Below, piece after piece: positions 1 to 11,317 of a stretch of 64,000 nt of DNA. The notes beneath the pieces were generated by a model. That model was not told the origin of the DNA. It worked only from the letters and a program-made list of their open reading frames with translations, and did not search any database. Every line of letters begins with the position of its first letter. The stretch's first letter is position 1. Source of the stretch: an uncultured Flavobacteriaceae bacterium (lineage in GTDB: Bacteria > Bacteroidota > Bacteroidia > Flavobacteriales > Flavobacteriaceae); assembly GCA_943842625.1 (NCBI GenBank), contig CALTCK010000014.1:32449-96448 (forward strand). Direction: 5' to 3'. The translations under genes and the position numbers were made by a program.

Positions 1-937
1 CCAACTGTGCTTTTTCACCTATAAGTTCGGTTAAATATTTCCACCCTTCCCAATCATCTTCATCCATACCATCTTCAATTGAAATAATAGGATACTTATC
101 AACTAACTCAGCAAGATATTCTGCTTGTTCTTTTGAACTTCTTATTTTACCAGAATCTCCTTCAAATTTTGAGTAGTCGTAGGTGTTGTTTACATAAAAT
201 TCTGCAGCAGCACAATCCAATGCAATCATAATCTCATCGCCAAATTTATAACCTGCATTTTGAACTGCTTTTGCTATTGTGTCTATTGCGTCTTCAGTAC
301 CTCCTAGCTTAGGAGCAAAACCACCTTCATCACCTACTGCCGTACTCAAGTTTCTGTCGTGTAATACTTTTTTCAAATGGTGAAATATTTCACTCCCCAT
401 TTGAATTGCTTCTGAAAAAGAAGTTGCTTTAACAGGCATTACCATAAATTCCTGAAAAGCTATTGGAGCATCACTATGAGAACCACCATTTATAATATTC
501 ATCATAGGCACTGGCAACGTTTTAGCGCTTACACCACCCACATAACGATAAAGAGGCATTCCAAGCTCTAATGCAGCTGCATGAGCAGCAGCTAATGAAA
601 CTCCTAATATGGCATTTGCTCCTAAGTTTGATTTGTTTGGTGTCCCGTCTAAATCTATCATTATTTTATCAATAGTTTCTTGTTCAAAAACAGGAATACC
701 TAATAATGCGTCTGTAATTTTACCGTTCACGTTTTCAACAGCTTTGAGAACTCCTTTTCCCATATAATCGTTTCCGCCATCGCGTAATTCAACAGCCTCG
801 TGAACTCCTGTAGAGGCACCAGACGGTACGGCGGCTCTTCCTAAAATTCCATTTTCAGTAATGACGTCGACCTCGACTGTTGGATTTCCTCGAGAATCAA
901 AAATTTGCCTTGCATTTATATCTACTATAACACTCAT
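1..937 (-). CDS. eno: enolase (runs off the window start; C-terminal part not in window)
   Basis: Not in ORF track. Reverse complement from ATG at 937 reads [25 protein letters not shown]...[18 protein letters not shown], the enolase N-terminal signature. Confidence 0.97.
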   Translation of the reverse strand, partial: MSVIVDINARQIFDSRGNPTVEVDVITENGILGRAAVPSGASTGVHEAVELRDGGNDYMGKGVLKAVENVNGKITDALLGIPVFEQETIDKIMIDLDGTPNKSNLGANAILGVSLAAAHAAALELGMPLYRYVGGVSAKTLPVPMMNIINGGSHSDAPIAFQEFMVMPVKATSFSEAIQMGSEIFHHLKKVLHDRNLSTAVGDEGGFAPKLGGTEDAIDTIAKAVQNAGYKFGDEIMIALDCAAAEFYVNNTYDYSKFEGDSGKIRSSKEQAEYLAELVDKYPIISIEDGMDEDDWEGWKYLTELIGEKAQL

Positions 938-941
938 TTTT

Positions 942-2051
942 CTATTTATGGTTTTTTATATTGGTGATGAAATCATCAAAAAGATATCTTGAATCATGCG
1001 GTCCAGGACTTGCTTCAGGATGATATTGAACAGAAAATACTGGTTTGTTTTTCATTTTAATTCCAGCTACCGTATGGTCATTTAAATGCATATGGGTAAT
1101 TTCTATTTCAGCGTTTTTCTCTGTTTCTTCTTTATTAATGGCAAATCCATGGTTTTGGGAAGTAATTTCTCCTTTCCCTGTAGTTAAATTTTTTACAGGA
1201 TGGTTAATGCCTCTATGTCCATTGTGCATTTTGTAGGTAGAAATTCCATTTGCCAAAGCTAAAACTTGATGTCCGAGACATATTCCAAAAACTGGCTTAC
1301 CGAAATCAATGGCTTTTTTAGCAGTCTGAATTGCCTGATCTAATGGTTCTGGATCACCAGGCCCGTTGGAGAAAAAGAAACCGTCTGGAGCAAAAGACTC
1401 CATCTCCTCAAAAGAAGTATCATAGGGAAAAACTTTTATGTAGCAATCTCTTTCAGATAAACTTTTAAGAATATTTTTTTTGATTCCAATGTCTAAAGCT
1501 GATACTTTATAGCTTGCATTTTTGTCACCGTAATAGTAGGGCTCTTTTGTTGAAACTTTTGATGCTAGTTCCATGCCTTTCATATCAGGAAATTCAGATA
1601 ATTGACACTTTATAGCTTCTATTTGATCAACTTCAGTAGTAATCGCAGCATTCATAGCGCCATTATCTCGAATATATGAAACTAATGCTCTTGTATCTAC
1701 ATCACTGATGGCAAAAAGATTATTTTTCTCTAAAAATGTTTCCAGAGATTCATTGGCTCGATCTCTTGAATAATTGTAGCTGAAATTACGACATATTAAA
1801 CCTGATATTTTAATAGAATCTGATTCGATTTCATTTTCCTCAACTCCATAGTTCCCAATATGAGCATTTGTAGTAACCATAAGTTGACCAAAATAAGAGG
1901 GATCTGTAAATATTTCTTGATAGCCAGTCATACCGGTATTAAAACAAACTTCGCCAAAAGAAGTTCCTCTTTTGCCTCCTACAGCTTTACCGAAGAAAAT
2001 CGTACCGTCTGCCAGCAGAATTAAGGCTTGTTTTCTATTTTGATATTTCAT
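942..2051 (-). CDS. carA: carbamoyl-phosphate synthase small subunit
   Basis: [28 protein letters not shown] and QYHPEA glutamine amidotransferase motifs. Confidence 0.97.
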   Translation of the reverse strand: MKYQNRKQALILLADGTIFFGKAVGGKRGTSFGEVCFNTGMTGYQEIFTDPSYFGQLMVTTNAHIGNYGVEENEIESDSIKISGLICRNFSYNYSRDRANESLETFLEKNNLFAISDVDTRALVSYIRDNGAMNAAITTEVDQIEAIKCQLSEFPDMKGMELASKVSTKEPYYYGDKNASYKVSALDIGIKKNILKSLSERDCYIKVFPYDTSFEEMESFAPDGFFFSNGPGDPEPLDQAIQTAKKAIDFGKPVFGICLGHQVLALANGISTYKMHNGHRGINHPVKNLTTGKGEITSQNHGFAINKEETEKNAEIEITHMHLNDHTVAGIKMKNKPVFSVQYHPEASPGPHDSRYLFDDFITNIKNHK

Positions 2052-2068
2052 ATTTCTAAATTATCTAA

Positions 2069-2076
2069 CAAAAATA
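2069..2076 (-). promoter_or_regulatory. Bacteroidota -7 promoter element (TATTTTTG) for carA-eno
   Basis: Matches TAnnTTTG, 17 nt upstream of the carA ATG. Confidence 0.55.
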
Positions 2077-2137
2077 CTTTAAAAGATACTCTTATAATAA
2101 TTTCGTTTTTAGAACTTTTAAACAAATATTTTTTTTC

Positions 2138-2172
2138 AAAAAAAAAGGATAAACTCAAAGTTTATCCTTTTT
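2138..2172 (-). terminator. intrinsic terminator ending the ribosomal superoperon
   Basis: 14-bp inverted repeat AAAAAGGATAAACT-caa-AGTTTATCCTTTTT with a U-tract on the minus strand, just after rplQ. Confidence 0.85.
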
Positions 2173-2195
2173 GTATTTTAAAAATAAATTTTCAT

Positions 2196-2672
2196 TTATT
2201 CTTCTTCTTTTTTAGTTTCTACTGGATTTGTAACTTGAGCTGTTGTTTTAGGACCTCCACGACGACTTCGACGTGTTGATTTCTTTTTAACTGCTTTTCC
2301 TGCATTGTAAATCTCGTTATAATCTACCAATTCTATCATTGCCATATCAGCATTATCTCCTTTTCGATTTCCTAATTTTATAATTCGGGTATATCCTCCT
2401 GGACGATCACCTACTTTAACAGAAACTTCTTTGAATAATTCAGTAACAGCATCTTTTTGTCGGAGCCTACTAAATACAATACGACGGTTGTGAGTAGTAT
2501 CTTCTTTAGATTTCGTTACTAAAGGCTCTACAAATTGTTTTAAAGCTTTGGCTTTTGCAACCGTAGTATTAATTCTTTTATACTCAATTAAGGAACAAGC
2601 CATATTAGCAAGCATTGCTTTTCTATGTGCTGTTTTTCTTCCTAAATGGTTTACTTTTTTTCCGTGTCTCAT
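2196..2672 (-). CDS. rplQ: 50S ribosomal protein L17
   Basis: [21 protein letters not shown]...[10 protein letters not shown]; position after rpoA. Confidence 0.98.
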   Translation of the reverse strand: MRHGKKVNHLGRKTAHRKAMLANMACSLIEYKRINTTVAKAKALKQFVEPLVTKSKEDTTHNRRIVFSRLRQKDAVTELFKEVSVKVGDRPGGYTRIIKLGNRKGDNADMAMIELVDYNEIYNAGKAVKKKSTRRSRRGGPKTTAQVTNPVETKKEEE

Positions 2673-2688
2673 GACATTTATTTTTAAT

Positions 2689-2730
2689 CATCATCTTGCT
2701 ACAACCCGTATTGAGGAGCAAAATATGATG
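2689..2730 (-). promoter_or_regulatory. candidate structured mRNA leader upstream of rplQ
   Basis: CAUCAU/AUGAUG and UUUGCU/AGCAAG stacked stems fill most of the 60-nt rpoA-rplQ spacer. Confidence 0.45.
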
Positions 2731-2732
2731 TA

Positions 2733-3725
2733 TTAATCTTTATCTAATTTATATTTTGAAAGATCCATCCCGAAGTTTAAACCCTTTACATCAACTAGTT
2801 CTTCTAATTCTGTAAGTGATTTTTTTCCGAAATTTCTGAATTTCATTAAATCGTTTTTGTTAAAAGAAACCAAATCTCCTAAGGTATCAACTTCAGCGGC
2901 TTTTAAACAATTTAAAGCTCTTACAGAAAGATCCATATCAATTAACTTCGTTTTTAACAACTGTCGCATGTGAAGTGATTCTTCATCATATGTTTCAGTT
3001 TGAGCAATTTCATCAGCCTCTAAAGTAATTCTTTCATCACTAAATAACATAAAGTGGTGTATTAACGTTTTAGCTGCTTCGGTCAAAGCGTCTTTTGGAT
3101 TTATAGATCCATCTGTTACGATTTCGAAAACTAATTTTTCATAATCTGTTTTTTGCTCTACACGGAAATTTTCAATGCTGTATTTAACATTTTTTATTGG
3201 AGTGTAGATTGAATCTATAAAGATGGTCCCAAAAGGAACTCCTCCTTTTTTATTCTCTTCAGCTGGAACGTAACCTCTACCTTTTTCGATAGTGATTTCC
3301 ATATTGAAATTAACCTTGGAATCCATATTACAAATAACCATATCAGGATTCAATACTTGAAATCCTGAAATAAATTTTTGAAAATCTCCTGCTGTTAATT
3401 GTTCAGCTCCTGAAACAGAAATTGTAACTGTTTCATTGTCCACTTCGTCAATTTGTCTTTTAAAACAAACCTGCTTTAGATTTAAGATAATTTCTGTAAC
3501 ATCTTCAACGACTCCTGCAATGGTAGAAAACTCATGGTCTACTCCTTCAATTCTAATTGAAGTGATTGCAAAACCTTCTAATGATGAAAGTAAAACTCTT
3601 CTTAATGCGTTACCAACTGTTAAACCATAACCAGGCTCTAAGGGACGGAATTCGAATTTTCCTTCGAAATCAGTCGAGTCGATCATAATAACTTTATCGG
3701 GCTTTTGAAAACTAAATACTGCCAT
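2733..3725 (-). CDS. rpoA: RNA polymerase subunit alpha
   Basis: [21 protein letters not shown]; C-terminal domain [10 protein letters not shown]...NFGKKSL. Confidence 0.99.
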   Translation of the reverse strand: MAVFSFQKPDKVIMIDSTDFEGKFEFRPLEPGYGLTVGNALRRVLLSSLEGFAITSIRIEGVDHEFSTIAGVVEDVTEIILNLKQVCFKRQIDEVDNETVTISVSGAEQLTAGDFQKFISGFQVLNPDMVICNMDSKVNFNMEITIEKGRGYVPAEENKKGGVPFGTIFIDSIYTPIKNVKYSIENFRVEQKTDYEKLVFEIVTDGSINPKDALTEAAKTLIHHFMLFSDERITLEADEIAQTETYDEESLHMRQLLKTKLIDMDLSVRALNCLKAAEVDTLGDLVSFNKNDLMKFRNFGKKSLTELEELVDVKGLNFGMDLSKYKLDKD

Positions 3726-3745
3726 AATATAACTTTGTGTTTTTA

Positions 3746-4351
3746 TTATTTAGAATATAATTCGACAATAAACTGTTCGTTTATTTTCTCAGGGATTTGA
3801 ATACGCTCTGGTTTGGAAACATAAGTTCCTCTTTTCACCGCGTTGTCCCATGTAATCCACTCGTAAACATGACTTGCGTTTGCTAACGAGTTTTCAATAG
3901 CTTCTAATGATTTAGATTTTTCTCTAACTCCTACTGTATCACCGGGTTTTAGTTGGTAAGATGGGATATTAACTTTTTCCCCATTTACTAATATATGACG
4001 GTGAGAAACTAATTGTCTTGCTGCACTACGACTAGGAGCAATTCCCATACGGAAAACCACATTATCTAGACGAGATTCACATAATTGTAGCAGTACTTCA
4101 CCAGTAATTCCTTTGGAAGCAGTTGCTCTTTTAAACATATTTCTAAATTGACGCTCTAAAATACCATAAGTATATTTAGCTTTTTGCTTTTCAGCTAATT
4201 GAATAGCGTATTCAGATTTTTTTCCTCTACGACGGTTATTACCGTGTTGCCCAGGAGGGTAATTCCTTTTTTCGAAGTTTTTGTCATCTCCGAAAATTGC
4301 TTCACCAAACTTACGAGCGATTTTTGTTTTTGGACCAGTATATCTTGCCAT
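3746..4351 (-). CDS. rpsD: 30S ribosomal protein S4
   Basis: MARYTGPK..., [22 protein letters not shown]. Confidence 0.99.
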   Translation of the reverse strand: MARYTGPKTKIARKFGEAIFGDDKNFEKRNYPPGQHGNNRRRGKKSEYAIQLAEKQKAKYTYGILERQFRNMFKRATASKGITGEVLLQLCESRLDNVVFRMGIAPSRSAARQLVSHRHILVNGEKVNIPSYQLKPGDTVGVREKSKSLEAIENSLANASHVYEWITWDNAVKRGTYVSKPERIQIPEKINEQFIVELYSK

Positions 4352-4364
4352 TTTTAATTTATTT

Positions 4365-4421
4365 TGAAGGAATTTCCAAATTAAGGTCTTATACTTATCC
4401 TTTGAAAATTTATACCCTTCA
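4365..4421 (-). promoter_or_regulatory. candidate S4-type ribosomal leader hairpin upstream of rpsD
   Basis: Long interrupted stem-loop UGAAGG..AAUUUUCAA..AGG/CCU..UUGGAAAUU.CCUUCA in the 111-nt rpsK-rpsD spacer. Confidence 0.55.
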
Positions 4422-4462
4422 GTTTATACTAATTATTAAATTTTAATTCTGTAATTACAAAA

Positions 4463-4852
4463 TTAAACTCTTCTTCTTTTTGGAGGTCTACATCCATTGT
4501 GTGGCATTGGTGTAACATCAATAATTTCAGTTACTTCAATTCCAGCATTATGTATTGATCTTATAGCAGATTCCCTACCATTTCCTGGACCTTTCACATA
4601 TACTTTTACTTTACGTAAACCTTCTGCGTGTGCAGTTGCTGCACAATCTTCTGCTGCTAATTGAGCTGCATAAGGAGTATTCTTTTTAGAACCTCTAAAA
4701 CCCATTTTTCCGGCTGATGACCAAGAAATTACGTCTCCTTTTTTATTTGTCAACGAAATGATAATGTTGTTAAATGAAGCTGTAACGTGAGCTTGACCCA
4801 CTGCTTCAACATTAACTTTACGCTTTTTTGTACTAGTTTTTGCCTTTGCCAT
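4463..4852 (-). CDS. rpsK: 30S ribosomal protein S11
   Basis: [32 protein letters not shown]. Confidence 0.99.
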   Translation of the reverse strand: MAKAKTSTKKRKVNVEAVGQAHVTASFNNIIISLTNKKGDVISWSSAGKMGFRGSKKNTPYAAQLAAEDCAATAHAEGLRKVKVYVKGPGNGRESAIRSIHNAGIEVTEIIDVTPMPHNGCRPPKRRRV

Positions 4853-4863
4853 ATCTCTAGTGT

Positions 4864-5238
4864 TTATTTAGTTGCTTTTTTCTTGTTAGCAACAGTTTTA
4901 CGTTTTCCTTTTCTTGTTCTGGAGTTATTCTTAGTACGTTGACCTCTTAAAGGAAGCCCTGTTCTATGACGAATACCTCTGTAACATCCAATATCCATTA
5001 ATCGCTTAATGTTTAATTGAATCTCACTACGTAATTCACCTTCGATGGTAATTGTTCCAACAACGTCACGGATTGATCCGATTTCTTCATCGTTCCATTC
5101 TGTAACTTTTTTGTTTTCGTCAACACCAGCTTTTTCAAGTATTTCTTTAGCACGGCTTTTACCAATACCAAAGATATACGTTAACGCGATTACACCCCTC
5201 TTTTGTTTAGGGATATCTACACCTGCGATTCTTGCCAT
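4864..5238 (-). CDS. rpsM: 30S ribosomal protein S13
   Basis: [36 protein letters not shown]. Confidence 0.99.
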   Translation of the reverse strand: MARIAGVDIPKQKRGVIALTYIFGIGKSRAKEILEKAGVDENKKVTEWNDEEIGSIRDVVGTITIEGELRSEIQLNIKRLMDIGCYRGIRHRTGLPLRGQRTKNNSRTRKGKRKTVANKKKATK

Positions 5239-5241
5239 AAC

Positions 5242-5358
5242 TTATCCTTGTCTTTGTTTGAACCTAGGGTTCTTTTTGTTAATAACATATAATCTGCCTT
5301 TTCTGCGAACTATTTTGCATTCGGCACTTCTTTTTTTAATAGATGCTCTTACTTTCAT
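5242..5358 (-). CDS. rpmJ: 50S ribosomal protein L36, zinc-independent (type B)
   Basis: Not in ORF track. Reads [38 protein letters not shown], between infA and rpsM. Confidence 0.97.
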   Translation of the reverse strand: MKVRASIKKRSAECKIVRRKGRLYVINKKNPRFKQRQG

Positions 5359-5364
5359 AATAAC

Positions 5365-5580
5365 TTAATATCTATAAGTGATACGAGCCTTCGTTAAATC
5401 GTAAGGACTCATTTCTAGTTTAACTTTATCTCCTGGTAATAATTTGATATAGTGCATACGCATTTTTCCAGATATGTGTGCTGTGACAATATGAGCATTC
5501 TCTAACTCTACACGAAACATCGCGTTAGACAATGCTTCTGTGATTGTTCCGTCTTGTTCTATTGATGGTTGTTTTGCCAT
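5365..5580 (-). CDS. infA: translation initiation factor IF-1
   Basis: [28 protein letters not shown]. Confidence 0.99.
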   Translation of the reverse strand: MAKQPSIEQDGTITEALSNAMFRVELENAHIVTAHISGKMRMHYIKLLPGDKVKLEMSPYDLTKARITYRY

Positions 5581-6932
5581 TATGCTACTGCTTTTCTATT
5601 TTTACCTGTTTTCATTAAACCATCATAATGACGGTTTAATAAATATGAATTTATTTGCTGCATAGTATCGATAGCAACTCCAACCATGATCAGTAAAGAA
5701 GTTCCTCCATAGAATAAAGCCCATCCTTGTTGAATTCCAAATAATTTTACTGCAAATGCAGGAAATATAGCTACCCCAGCTAAAAATATAGAACCGGGTA
5801 ACGTTATTTGAGACATTATTCTATCTAAAAGTTCTGCAGTATCTGTTCCTGGTTTAATCCCTGGAATAAAACCTCCACTTCGTTTTAAATCATCAGCCAT
5901 TTTGTTGGTAGGTACTGTAATTGCTGTGTAAAAATAAGTAAATATGATAATTAATACCGCAAATAATACATTGTACCAAAGTCCAAATATATCACTAAAA
6001 TTAACTTGCATCCATTGACCAACACTGGAATCCTTTAAAAAAGAAGTTCCCCCAATTAACGCAGGGACAAACATGATCGCCTGTGCAAATATAATAGGCA
6101 TTACACCCGATGCATTCAATTTTAGAGGAATAAATTGTCTAGCTCCAAAAATATTTTTTTCATAACTACCACTAGCAGTTCTTCTTGCGTACTGAACAGG
6201 AATTTTTCTTACTGCCATTACTAACATAATGGAAACTAGAATAATCACAAACCAAATTACTAATTCAATTAAAACCATAATCATCCCACCGTTAGATTCC
6301 ATAACTCTTGATGCAAACTCTTGAGCAAAAGATTGAGGTAATGTAGCTATAATACCCACCATAATTAAAATAGAAATACCATTACCAATACCTTTATCTG
6401 TAATTTTCTCACCCAACCACATGGCAAATACACAACCTGTAACTAAGATTATGGTAGATGAAACATAAAACATCGTCGTTTGTCCTAATATAAATGCTTC
6501 AATTGGTACTCCTAAAGCAGGCAATCCTATTAAATAGGTTGGTGCTTGAACTAAACAAATACCGATCGTTAGCCATCTGGTAATTTGGTTAATTTTTTTT
6601 CTACCACTTTCGCCTTCTTTTTGTAATTTTTGTAGGTAAGGAATCGCTATTTGCATTAATTGAACAACAATAGAAGCCGATATGTAGGGCATAATTCCTA
6701 ATGCAAATACAGAGGCATTTGCAAATGCTCCTCCAGTAAAGGCATTCAGTAAACCACCTAAACCTCCATCATCAAACTTTCCAGCGAATTCACCTAATCT
6801 TGATGCATCAATACCAGGTAGTACAACTTGTGCACCGAAACGGTAAACTAATAAAAGACCAAGTGTTAGAAGAATACGGTTTCGTAGTTCTTCAATTTTC
6901 CAAACGTTTTTTAAGGTTTCAATAAATTTCAT
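5580..6932 (-). CDS. secY: preprotein translocase subunit SecY
   Basis: [30 protein letters not shown]; multiple transmembrane segments. Confidence 0.99.
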   Translation of the reverse strand: MKFIETLKNVWKIEELRNRILLTLGLLLVYRFGAQVVLPGIDASRLGEFAGKFDDGGLGGLLNAFTGGAFANASVFALGIMPYISASIVVQLMQIAIPYLQKLQKEGESGRKKINQITRWLTIGICLVQAPTYLIGLPALGVPIEAFILGQTTMFYVSSTIILVTGCVFAMWLGEKITDKGIGNGISILIMVGIIATLPQSFAQEFASRVMESNGGMIMVLIELVIWFVIILVSIMLVMAVRKIPVQYARRTASGSYEKNIFGARQFIPLKLNASGVMPIIFAQAIMFVPALIGGTSFLKDSSVGQWMQVNFSDIFGLWYNVLFAVLIIIFTYFYTAITVPTNKMADDLKRSGGFIPGIKPGTDTAELLDRIMSQITLPGSIFLAGVAIFPAFAVKLFGIQQGWALFYGGTSLLIMVGVAIDTMQQINSYLLNRHYDGLMKTGKNRKAVA

Positions 6933-6944
6933 CCTTTATAGAAA

Positions 6945-7397
6945 TTACAATGTTATTACTTCACCTCCAGCTTTTTCTATTGCTTCTTTAGCAGAGGCAG
7001 AAAATTTATGAGCTGTTATAGTTAATTTTGATTTTAAATCTCCTCTACCTAATATTTTTAGTAGTTCTTTATTTCCAACCAAACCTAAATCTACAAATGT
7101 ATCAAAATCAACAGAGTCTTTGATTTTCTTTTCGTCAACTAATTGTTGAAGTTTATCAAGATTAATTGCTTGGTATTCTTTTCTATTAATATTGGTAAAA
7201 CCAAATTTAGGTACACGACGTTGCAAGGGCATTTGTCCACCTTCAAATCCTAATTTTTTAGAATATCCAGATCTAGATTTTGCTCCTTTGTGACCACGTG
7301 TTGCGGTTCCACCTTTTCCTGAACCTTGTCCGCGACCTACTCGCTTGCCTTGATTTTTTACCGAACCTGCTGCCGGTTGTAAGTTACTTAAATTCAT
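6945..7397 (-). CDS. rplO: 50S ribosomal protein L15
   Basis: RVGRGQGSGKGGTATRGHKG, FEGGQMPLQRRVPKFGF. Confidence 0.99.
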   Translation of the reverse strand: MNLSNLQPAAGSVKNQGKRVGRGQGSGKGGTATRGHKGAKSRSGYSKKLGFEGGQMPLQRRVPKFGFTNINRKEYQAINLDKLQQLVDEKKIKDSVDFDTFVDLGLVGNKELLKILGRGDLKSKLTITAHKFSASAKEAIEKAGGEVITL

Positions 7398-7408
7398 AAT
7401 TTATATAC

Positions 7409-7588
7409 TTATTTAGTTTCAACTGAAACTAAGTGATTAACTTTTCTAATCATACCTAATATATTAGGAGTATCTTCATGCTCAACGGTTTGACCCATTT
7501 TATGAAGACCTAAAGATTCAAGTACTCTTTTTTGGTTTTGAGTTCGGTTAATTGCGCTACGAACCTTTGTTACTTTTATTTTTGCCAT
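7409..7588 (-). CDS. rpmD: 50S ribosomal protein L30
   Basis: Not in ORF track. Reads [59 protein letters not shown], between rpsE and rplO. Confidence 0.97.
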   Translation of the reverse strand: MAKIKVTKVRSAINRTQNQKRVLESLGLHKMGQTVEHEDTPNILGMIRKVNHLVSVETK

Positions 7589-7599
7589 CTGCTTAGTAT

Positions 7600-8124
7600 T
7601 TATCCTTTGAATAATTTTTCTAAAGAAATCCCTCTTTGTTTTGCAATAGTTTGAGCACTTCTCATTTGTAGTAAGGCATCAAATGTTGCTTTTACTACGT
7701 TATGTGGGTTGGATGAGCCTTGAGATTTTGATAATACATCGTGTACTCCAACAGCCTCCAATACCGCACGCACGGCACCACCTGCAATAACACCTGTACC
7801 GGCAGATGCTGGTAATAAGTTAACTCTGGCACCACCATATTTACCTTTCTGCTCATGAGGTAAAGTTGTTTTGTTTAATGGTATACGTACTAAGTTTTTC
7901 TTTGCGTCTTCAATTGCTTTAGCAATTGCACTCGCTACATCTTTCGATTTACCAAGTCCTTGACCTACTACTCCATTTTCATCACCTACTACTACAATAG
8001 CTGAAAACCCAAAGGTTCTACCCCCTTTTGTTACTTTAGTTACACGTTGAACCCCTACTAAACGATCTTTTAATTCTAGACCTCCTGGTTTAACTAACTC
8101 TACGTTTTTATAATCTTGATACAT
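7600..8124 (-). CDS. rpsE: 30S ribosomal protein S5
   Basis: [33 protein letters not shown]. Confidence 0.99.
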   Translation of the reverse strand: MYQDYKNVELVKPGGLELKDRLVGVQRVTKVTKGGRTFGFSAIVVVGDENGVVGQGLGKSKDVASAIAKAIEDAKKNLVRIPLNKTTLPHEQKGKYGGARVNLLPASAGTGVIAGGAVRAVLEAVGVHDVLSKSQGSSNPHNVVKATFDALLQMRSAQTIAKQRGISLEKLFKG

Positions 8125-8129
8125 ATTTC

Positions 8130-8486
8130 TTAGAATTTTAGTCCGCCTTCGCGAGCTCCTTCAGCTAATGATTTAACTCTTCCATGGTAAAGATATCCAC
8201 CTCTATCGAAAGTAATACTTTCAAAACCGGCTTTCATTGCTTTATCTGCAATTGCTTTACCTACTAGTTTAGCAGCATCTACTTTATTTGATTTCGACGC
8301 GTCTATATTTTTGTCTCTTGAAGAGGCAGCAGTAATTGTAACTCCATTTACATCGTCAATTAATTGAGCATAAATTTCTTTGTTACTTCTGAAAACTGCC
8401 AAACGAGGACGTTCTGTTGTTCCAGAAACAGTTTTTCTGATCCTAAAACGTAATCGTTCTCTTCTATCTGTTTTTGATAATGCCAT
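8130..8486 (-). CDS. rplR: 50S ribosomal protein L18
   Basis: [32 protein letters not shown]. Confidence 0.99.
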   Translation of the reverse strand: MALSKTDRRERLRFRIRKTVSGTTERPRLAVFRSNKEIYAQLIDDVNGVTITAASSRDKNIDASKSNKVDAAKLVGKAIADKAMKAGFESITFDRGGYLYHGRVKSLAEGAREGGLKF

Positions 8487-8497
8487 AACTTTGTTTG

Positions 8498-9040
8498 TTA
8501 TGCAGATTTACCTGCTTTTCTTCTTATTATTTCTCCTACGAATCTAATTCCTTTTCCTTTGTAAGGTTCTGGTTTACGAAAACCGCGAATTTTTGCTGCT
8601 ACTTGTCCAACCAATTGTTTATCGTGAGAGGTTAATTTAACTATTGGATTTTTTCCTTTTTCAGAAATTGTTTCAACTTTAACTTCTGGTGCTACATTCA
8701 ACACGATGTTGTGAGAAAATCCAATTGCTAAATCTAATTTCTGTCCTTGATTAGAGGCACGGTATCCCACACCTACTAACTCTAGTTCTTTGGACCATCC
8801 TTTGCTTACACCCTCAACCATGTTATTGATTAAAGATCTGTATAAGCCATGTTTTGATCTATCTTCTTTTGATTCAGATAAACGTTGAACTAAAACATTA
8901 CCTTGCTCTTCTTTTACTGTAACTCCCGAAAAATCTTGTGTTAATTCACCTAATTTTCCTTTTACGGTTATTACAGTATCGTTTATATCGATTGTAACTC
9001 CTTCTGGGATTGTTACCGGGCTTTTTCCTATTCTTGACAT
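8498..9040 (-). CDS. rplF: 50S ribosomal protein L6
   Basis: True start MSRIGK at 9040 (ORF track over-extended); [12 protein letters not shown]. Confidence 0.98.
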   Translation of the reverse strand: MSRIGKSPVTIPEGVTIDINDTVITVKGKLGELTQDFSGVTVKEEQGNVLVQRLSESKEDRSKHGLYRSLINNMVEGVSKGWSKELELVGVGYRASNQGQKLDLAIGFSHNIVLNVAPEVKVETISEKGKNPIVKLTSHDKQLVGQVAAKIRGFRKPEPYKGKGIRFVGEIIRRKAGKSA

Positions 9041-9057
9041 TTCTTTCTCGTCTTTAT

Positions 9058-9459
9058 TTAATAAACGTAACACAAAACTTCACCACCTACATTTTGAGCC
9101 TGAGCCTGCTTTCCTGTCATCACTCCGTGAGAGGTTGACACAATTGCAATACCCAATCCATTCAATATTCTTGGCAGCTCTGAAGAGCTAGAATACTTAC
9201 GTAAACCTGGTTTACTTATTCGTTGTATTTCTTTAATTACAGGATCTTTGGTTAGTTTATCATATTTTAAAGCAATTTTGATAGTGCCTTGTGGGCCTTT
9301 ATCATCTTCAAATTTGTAACTTAAAACAAAGCCCTGATCGAACAAGATTTTTGTAATTTCTTTCTTTACATTCGAAGCCGGAATTTCTACTACTCTATGT
9401 CCAGCTTTAACTGCGTTTCTAACTCTAGTTAGATAATCTGCTATTGGATCTATATTCAT
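9058..9459 (-). CDS. rpsH: 30S ribosomal protein S8
   Basis: DPIADYLTRVRNA, RISKPGLRKY, GLGIAIVSTSHG, GGEVLCYVY. Confidence 0.99.
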   Translation of the reverse strand: MNIDPIADYLTRVRNAVKAGHRVVEIPASNVKKEITKILFDQGFVLSYKFEDDKGPQGTIKIALKYDKLTKDPVIKEIQRISKPGLRKYSSSSELPRILNGLGIAIVSTSHGVMTGKQAQAQNVGGEVLCYVY

Positions 9460-9472
9460 ATTTTAATTTTAC

Positions 9473-9510
9473 AGATGTGGTATTCACTATTTCTAAGCAA
9501 ACCTGCACCC
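9473..9510 (-). promoter_or_regulatory. candidate S8-binding mRNA hairpin (16S helix-21 mimic) upstream of rpsH
   Basis: GGGUG-C-A-GGU-UUGCU-loop-AGUGA-AUACC-A-CAUCU reproduces the A595/G597-C643/U598-A640/U641/A642 core. Confidence 0.6.
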
Positions 9511-9523
9511 AATTAATATTATC

Positions 9524-9793
9524 TTACCAAGATGCTTTTCTAACACCTGGGATTAAACCTTGATTTGCCATTTCACGAAACGTTACACGTGAAATACCAA
9601 ATGTTCTCATATATCCTTTGGGCCTACCAGTTAGTTTACAACGATTGTGCATACGAACTGGCGAAGCATCTTTTGGTAATTTCTGTAATGCCTCATAATC
9701 TCCAGCCTCTTTTAAAGCCTTACGTTTAGCGGCATACTTTGCTACCATTTTTTTTCTTTTAACCTCACGGGCTTTCATTGATTCTTTAGCCAT
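9524..9793 (-). CDS. rpsN: 30S ribosomal protein S14 (89-aa zinc-independent type)
   Basis: [36 protein letters not shown]. Confidence 0.99.
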   Translation of the reverse strand: MAKESMKAREVKRKKMVAKYAAKRKALKEAGDYEALQKLPKDASPVRMHNRCKLTGRPKGYMRTFGISRVTFREMANQGLIPGVRKASW

Positions 9794-9794
9794 A

Positions 9795-10346
9795 TTAGTT
9801 CTTTTTAAAAGGTAAACCTAATTCAGTTAATAATGATTTTGCTTCTTTATCTGTATCTGCAGAAGTAACAAAAGTGATATTCAAACCATCAATTTTTTTA
9901 ATTCTATCGATATTGATTTCAGGAAATATGATTTGTTCTGTAACACCCAAAGAGTAATTACCTCTACCATCAAATCCTGTTGCTTTAATTCCGTTAAAAT
10001 CTCTTACACGTGGTAAAGCACTTGTGATGAGTCTATCTAAAAATTCATACATACGTTCACCACGTAAAGTTACTTTAGCTCCAATTGGAACACCTTTACG
10101 TAATTTAAAGTTTGCAACATCTTTTTTAGATACTGTAGCTACAGCTTTTTGACCTGTAATATTAGTAAGCTCTTCTACGGCATACTCTAAGAGTTTTTTG
10201 TCTGCAACGGCAGATCCAACTCCACGAGAGACAACTATGCGCTCTAGTTTTGGAACTTGCATTACATTTGTGTAACTAAATTCTTCTTTAAGAGCATCAA
10301 TTACTCGGCTCTTATATTCTTCTTTAAGTCTTGGTAAATATCCCAT
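9795..10346 (-). CDS. rplE: 50S ribosomal protein L5
   Basis: [32 protein letters not shown]. Confidence 0.99.
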   Translation of the reverse strand: MGYLPRLKEEYKSRVIDALKEEFSYTNVMQVPKLERIVVSRGVGSAVADKKLLEYAVEELTNITGQKAVATVSKKDVANFKLRKGVPIGAKVTLRGERMYEFLDRLITSALPRVRDFNGIKATGFDGRGNYSLGVTEQIIFPEINIDRIKKIDGLNITFVTSADTDKEAKSLLTELGLPFKKN

Positions 10347-10348
10347 AA

Positions 10349-10663
10349 CTATAATACTTGATTCGATTTTTTAGCAAAACGCACTTTCTTTCCATCTTCC
10401 ATTCTATAACCAACTCTTGTAGCAGAACCTGATTTAGGATCTATTAAAGAGAGGTTAGAGATATGTATAGCAGCTTCTTTTTTTACAATTCCACCTTGAG
10501 GACTGTTAGCGCTTGGCTTCTCATGTTTAGAAACCATATTTACTCCTTCTACTATTGCTTTGTTTTTTTCAAGAATAACTTTCATTACTTTGCCTTCCGA
10601 TCCTTTATGATCACCAGCTGTAACGACTACGTTATCTCCCGATTTTATTTTAAGCTTTACCAT
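10349..10663 (-). CDS. rplX: 50S ribosomal protein L24
   Basis: [23 protein letters not shown] motif, EAAIHISNL; ATG at 10663 preferred over TTG at 10675. Confidence 0.97.
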   Translation of the reverse strand: MVKLKIKSGDNVVVTAGDHKGSEGKVMKVILEKNKAIVEGVNMVSKHEKPSANSPQGGIVKKEAAIHISNLSLIDPKSGSATRVGYRMEDGKKVRFAKKSNQVL

Positions 10664-10676
10664 CTTTGTTTTCAAT

Positions 10677-11045
10677 TTAAAGCACCTCAGGTGCTAATGA
10701 TACAATTTTCATAAATTGCTTGTCACGAAGTTCTCTTGCAACGGGTCCAAAAACACGTGTTCCAATCATTTCTCCTTGTGGATTTAGCAACACACAAGCA
10801 TTATCATCAAAACGAATATATGATCCGTCTGGTCTTCTTACTTCTTTTTTAGTACGAACGACCACCGCTGTTGCAACAGCTCCTTTCTTGATAGTTCCGT
10901 TAGGAGTAGCATCTTTTACAGCAACTACAATTTTATCTCCTATTGAAGCATATCTTTTTTTAGTTCCACCTAACACACGAATGGTTAGTACTTCTTTAGC
11001 TCCAGTATTATCTGCAACTTTTAGTCTTGACTCTTGTTGTAACAT
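10677..11045 (-). CDS. rplN: 50S ribosomal protein L14
   Basis: [32 protein letters not shown]. Confidence 0.99.
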   Translation of the reverse strand: MLQQESRLKVADNTGAKEVLTIRVLGGTKKRYASIGDKIVVAVKDATPNGTIKKGAVATAVVVRTKKEVRRPDGSYIRFDDNACVLLNPQGEMIGTRVFGPVARELRDKQFMKIVSLAPEVL

Positions 11046-11047
11046 AC

Positions 11048-11305
11048 CTACTTAGCTCTATCAATTATTTCTACTAATCTCCAACACTTGGTTTTGCTTA
11101 AAGGACGAGTTTCCATAATCCTTACTTTATCCCCTTCGTTGCAGTCATTGGTTTCATCGTGCGCAACATATTTTTTTGTTTTTAACACGAACTTTCCATA
11201 CATCGGGTGTTTCACTTTTTTTACTTCAGCAACTACAATGGATTTATCCATTTTGTTGCTAGTAACAACACCTATACGTTCTTTTCTTAAATTTCTTTTT
11301 TCCAT
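11048..11305 (-). CDS. rpsQ: 30S ribosomal protein S17
   Basis: [25 protein letters not shown]. Confidence 0.99.
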   Translation of the reverse strand: MEKRNLRKERIGVVTSNKMDKSIVVAEVKKVKHPMYGKFVLKTKKYVAHDETNDCNEGDKVRIMETRPLSKTKCWRLVEIIDRAK

Positions 11306-11317
11306 CTTTCAGCTGTA

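Noticed and set aside
5242-9793. Zinc-independent forms of L36 and S14 in the core operon
   Set aside because: This is the usual state for Flavobacteriaceae and not a zinc-starvation paralogue system.
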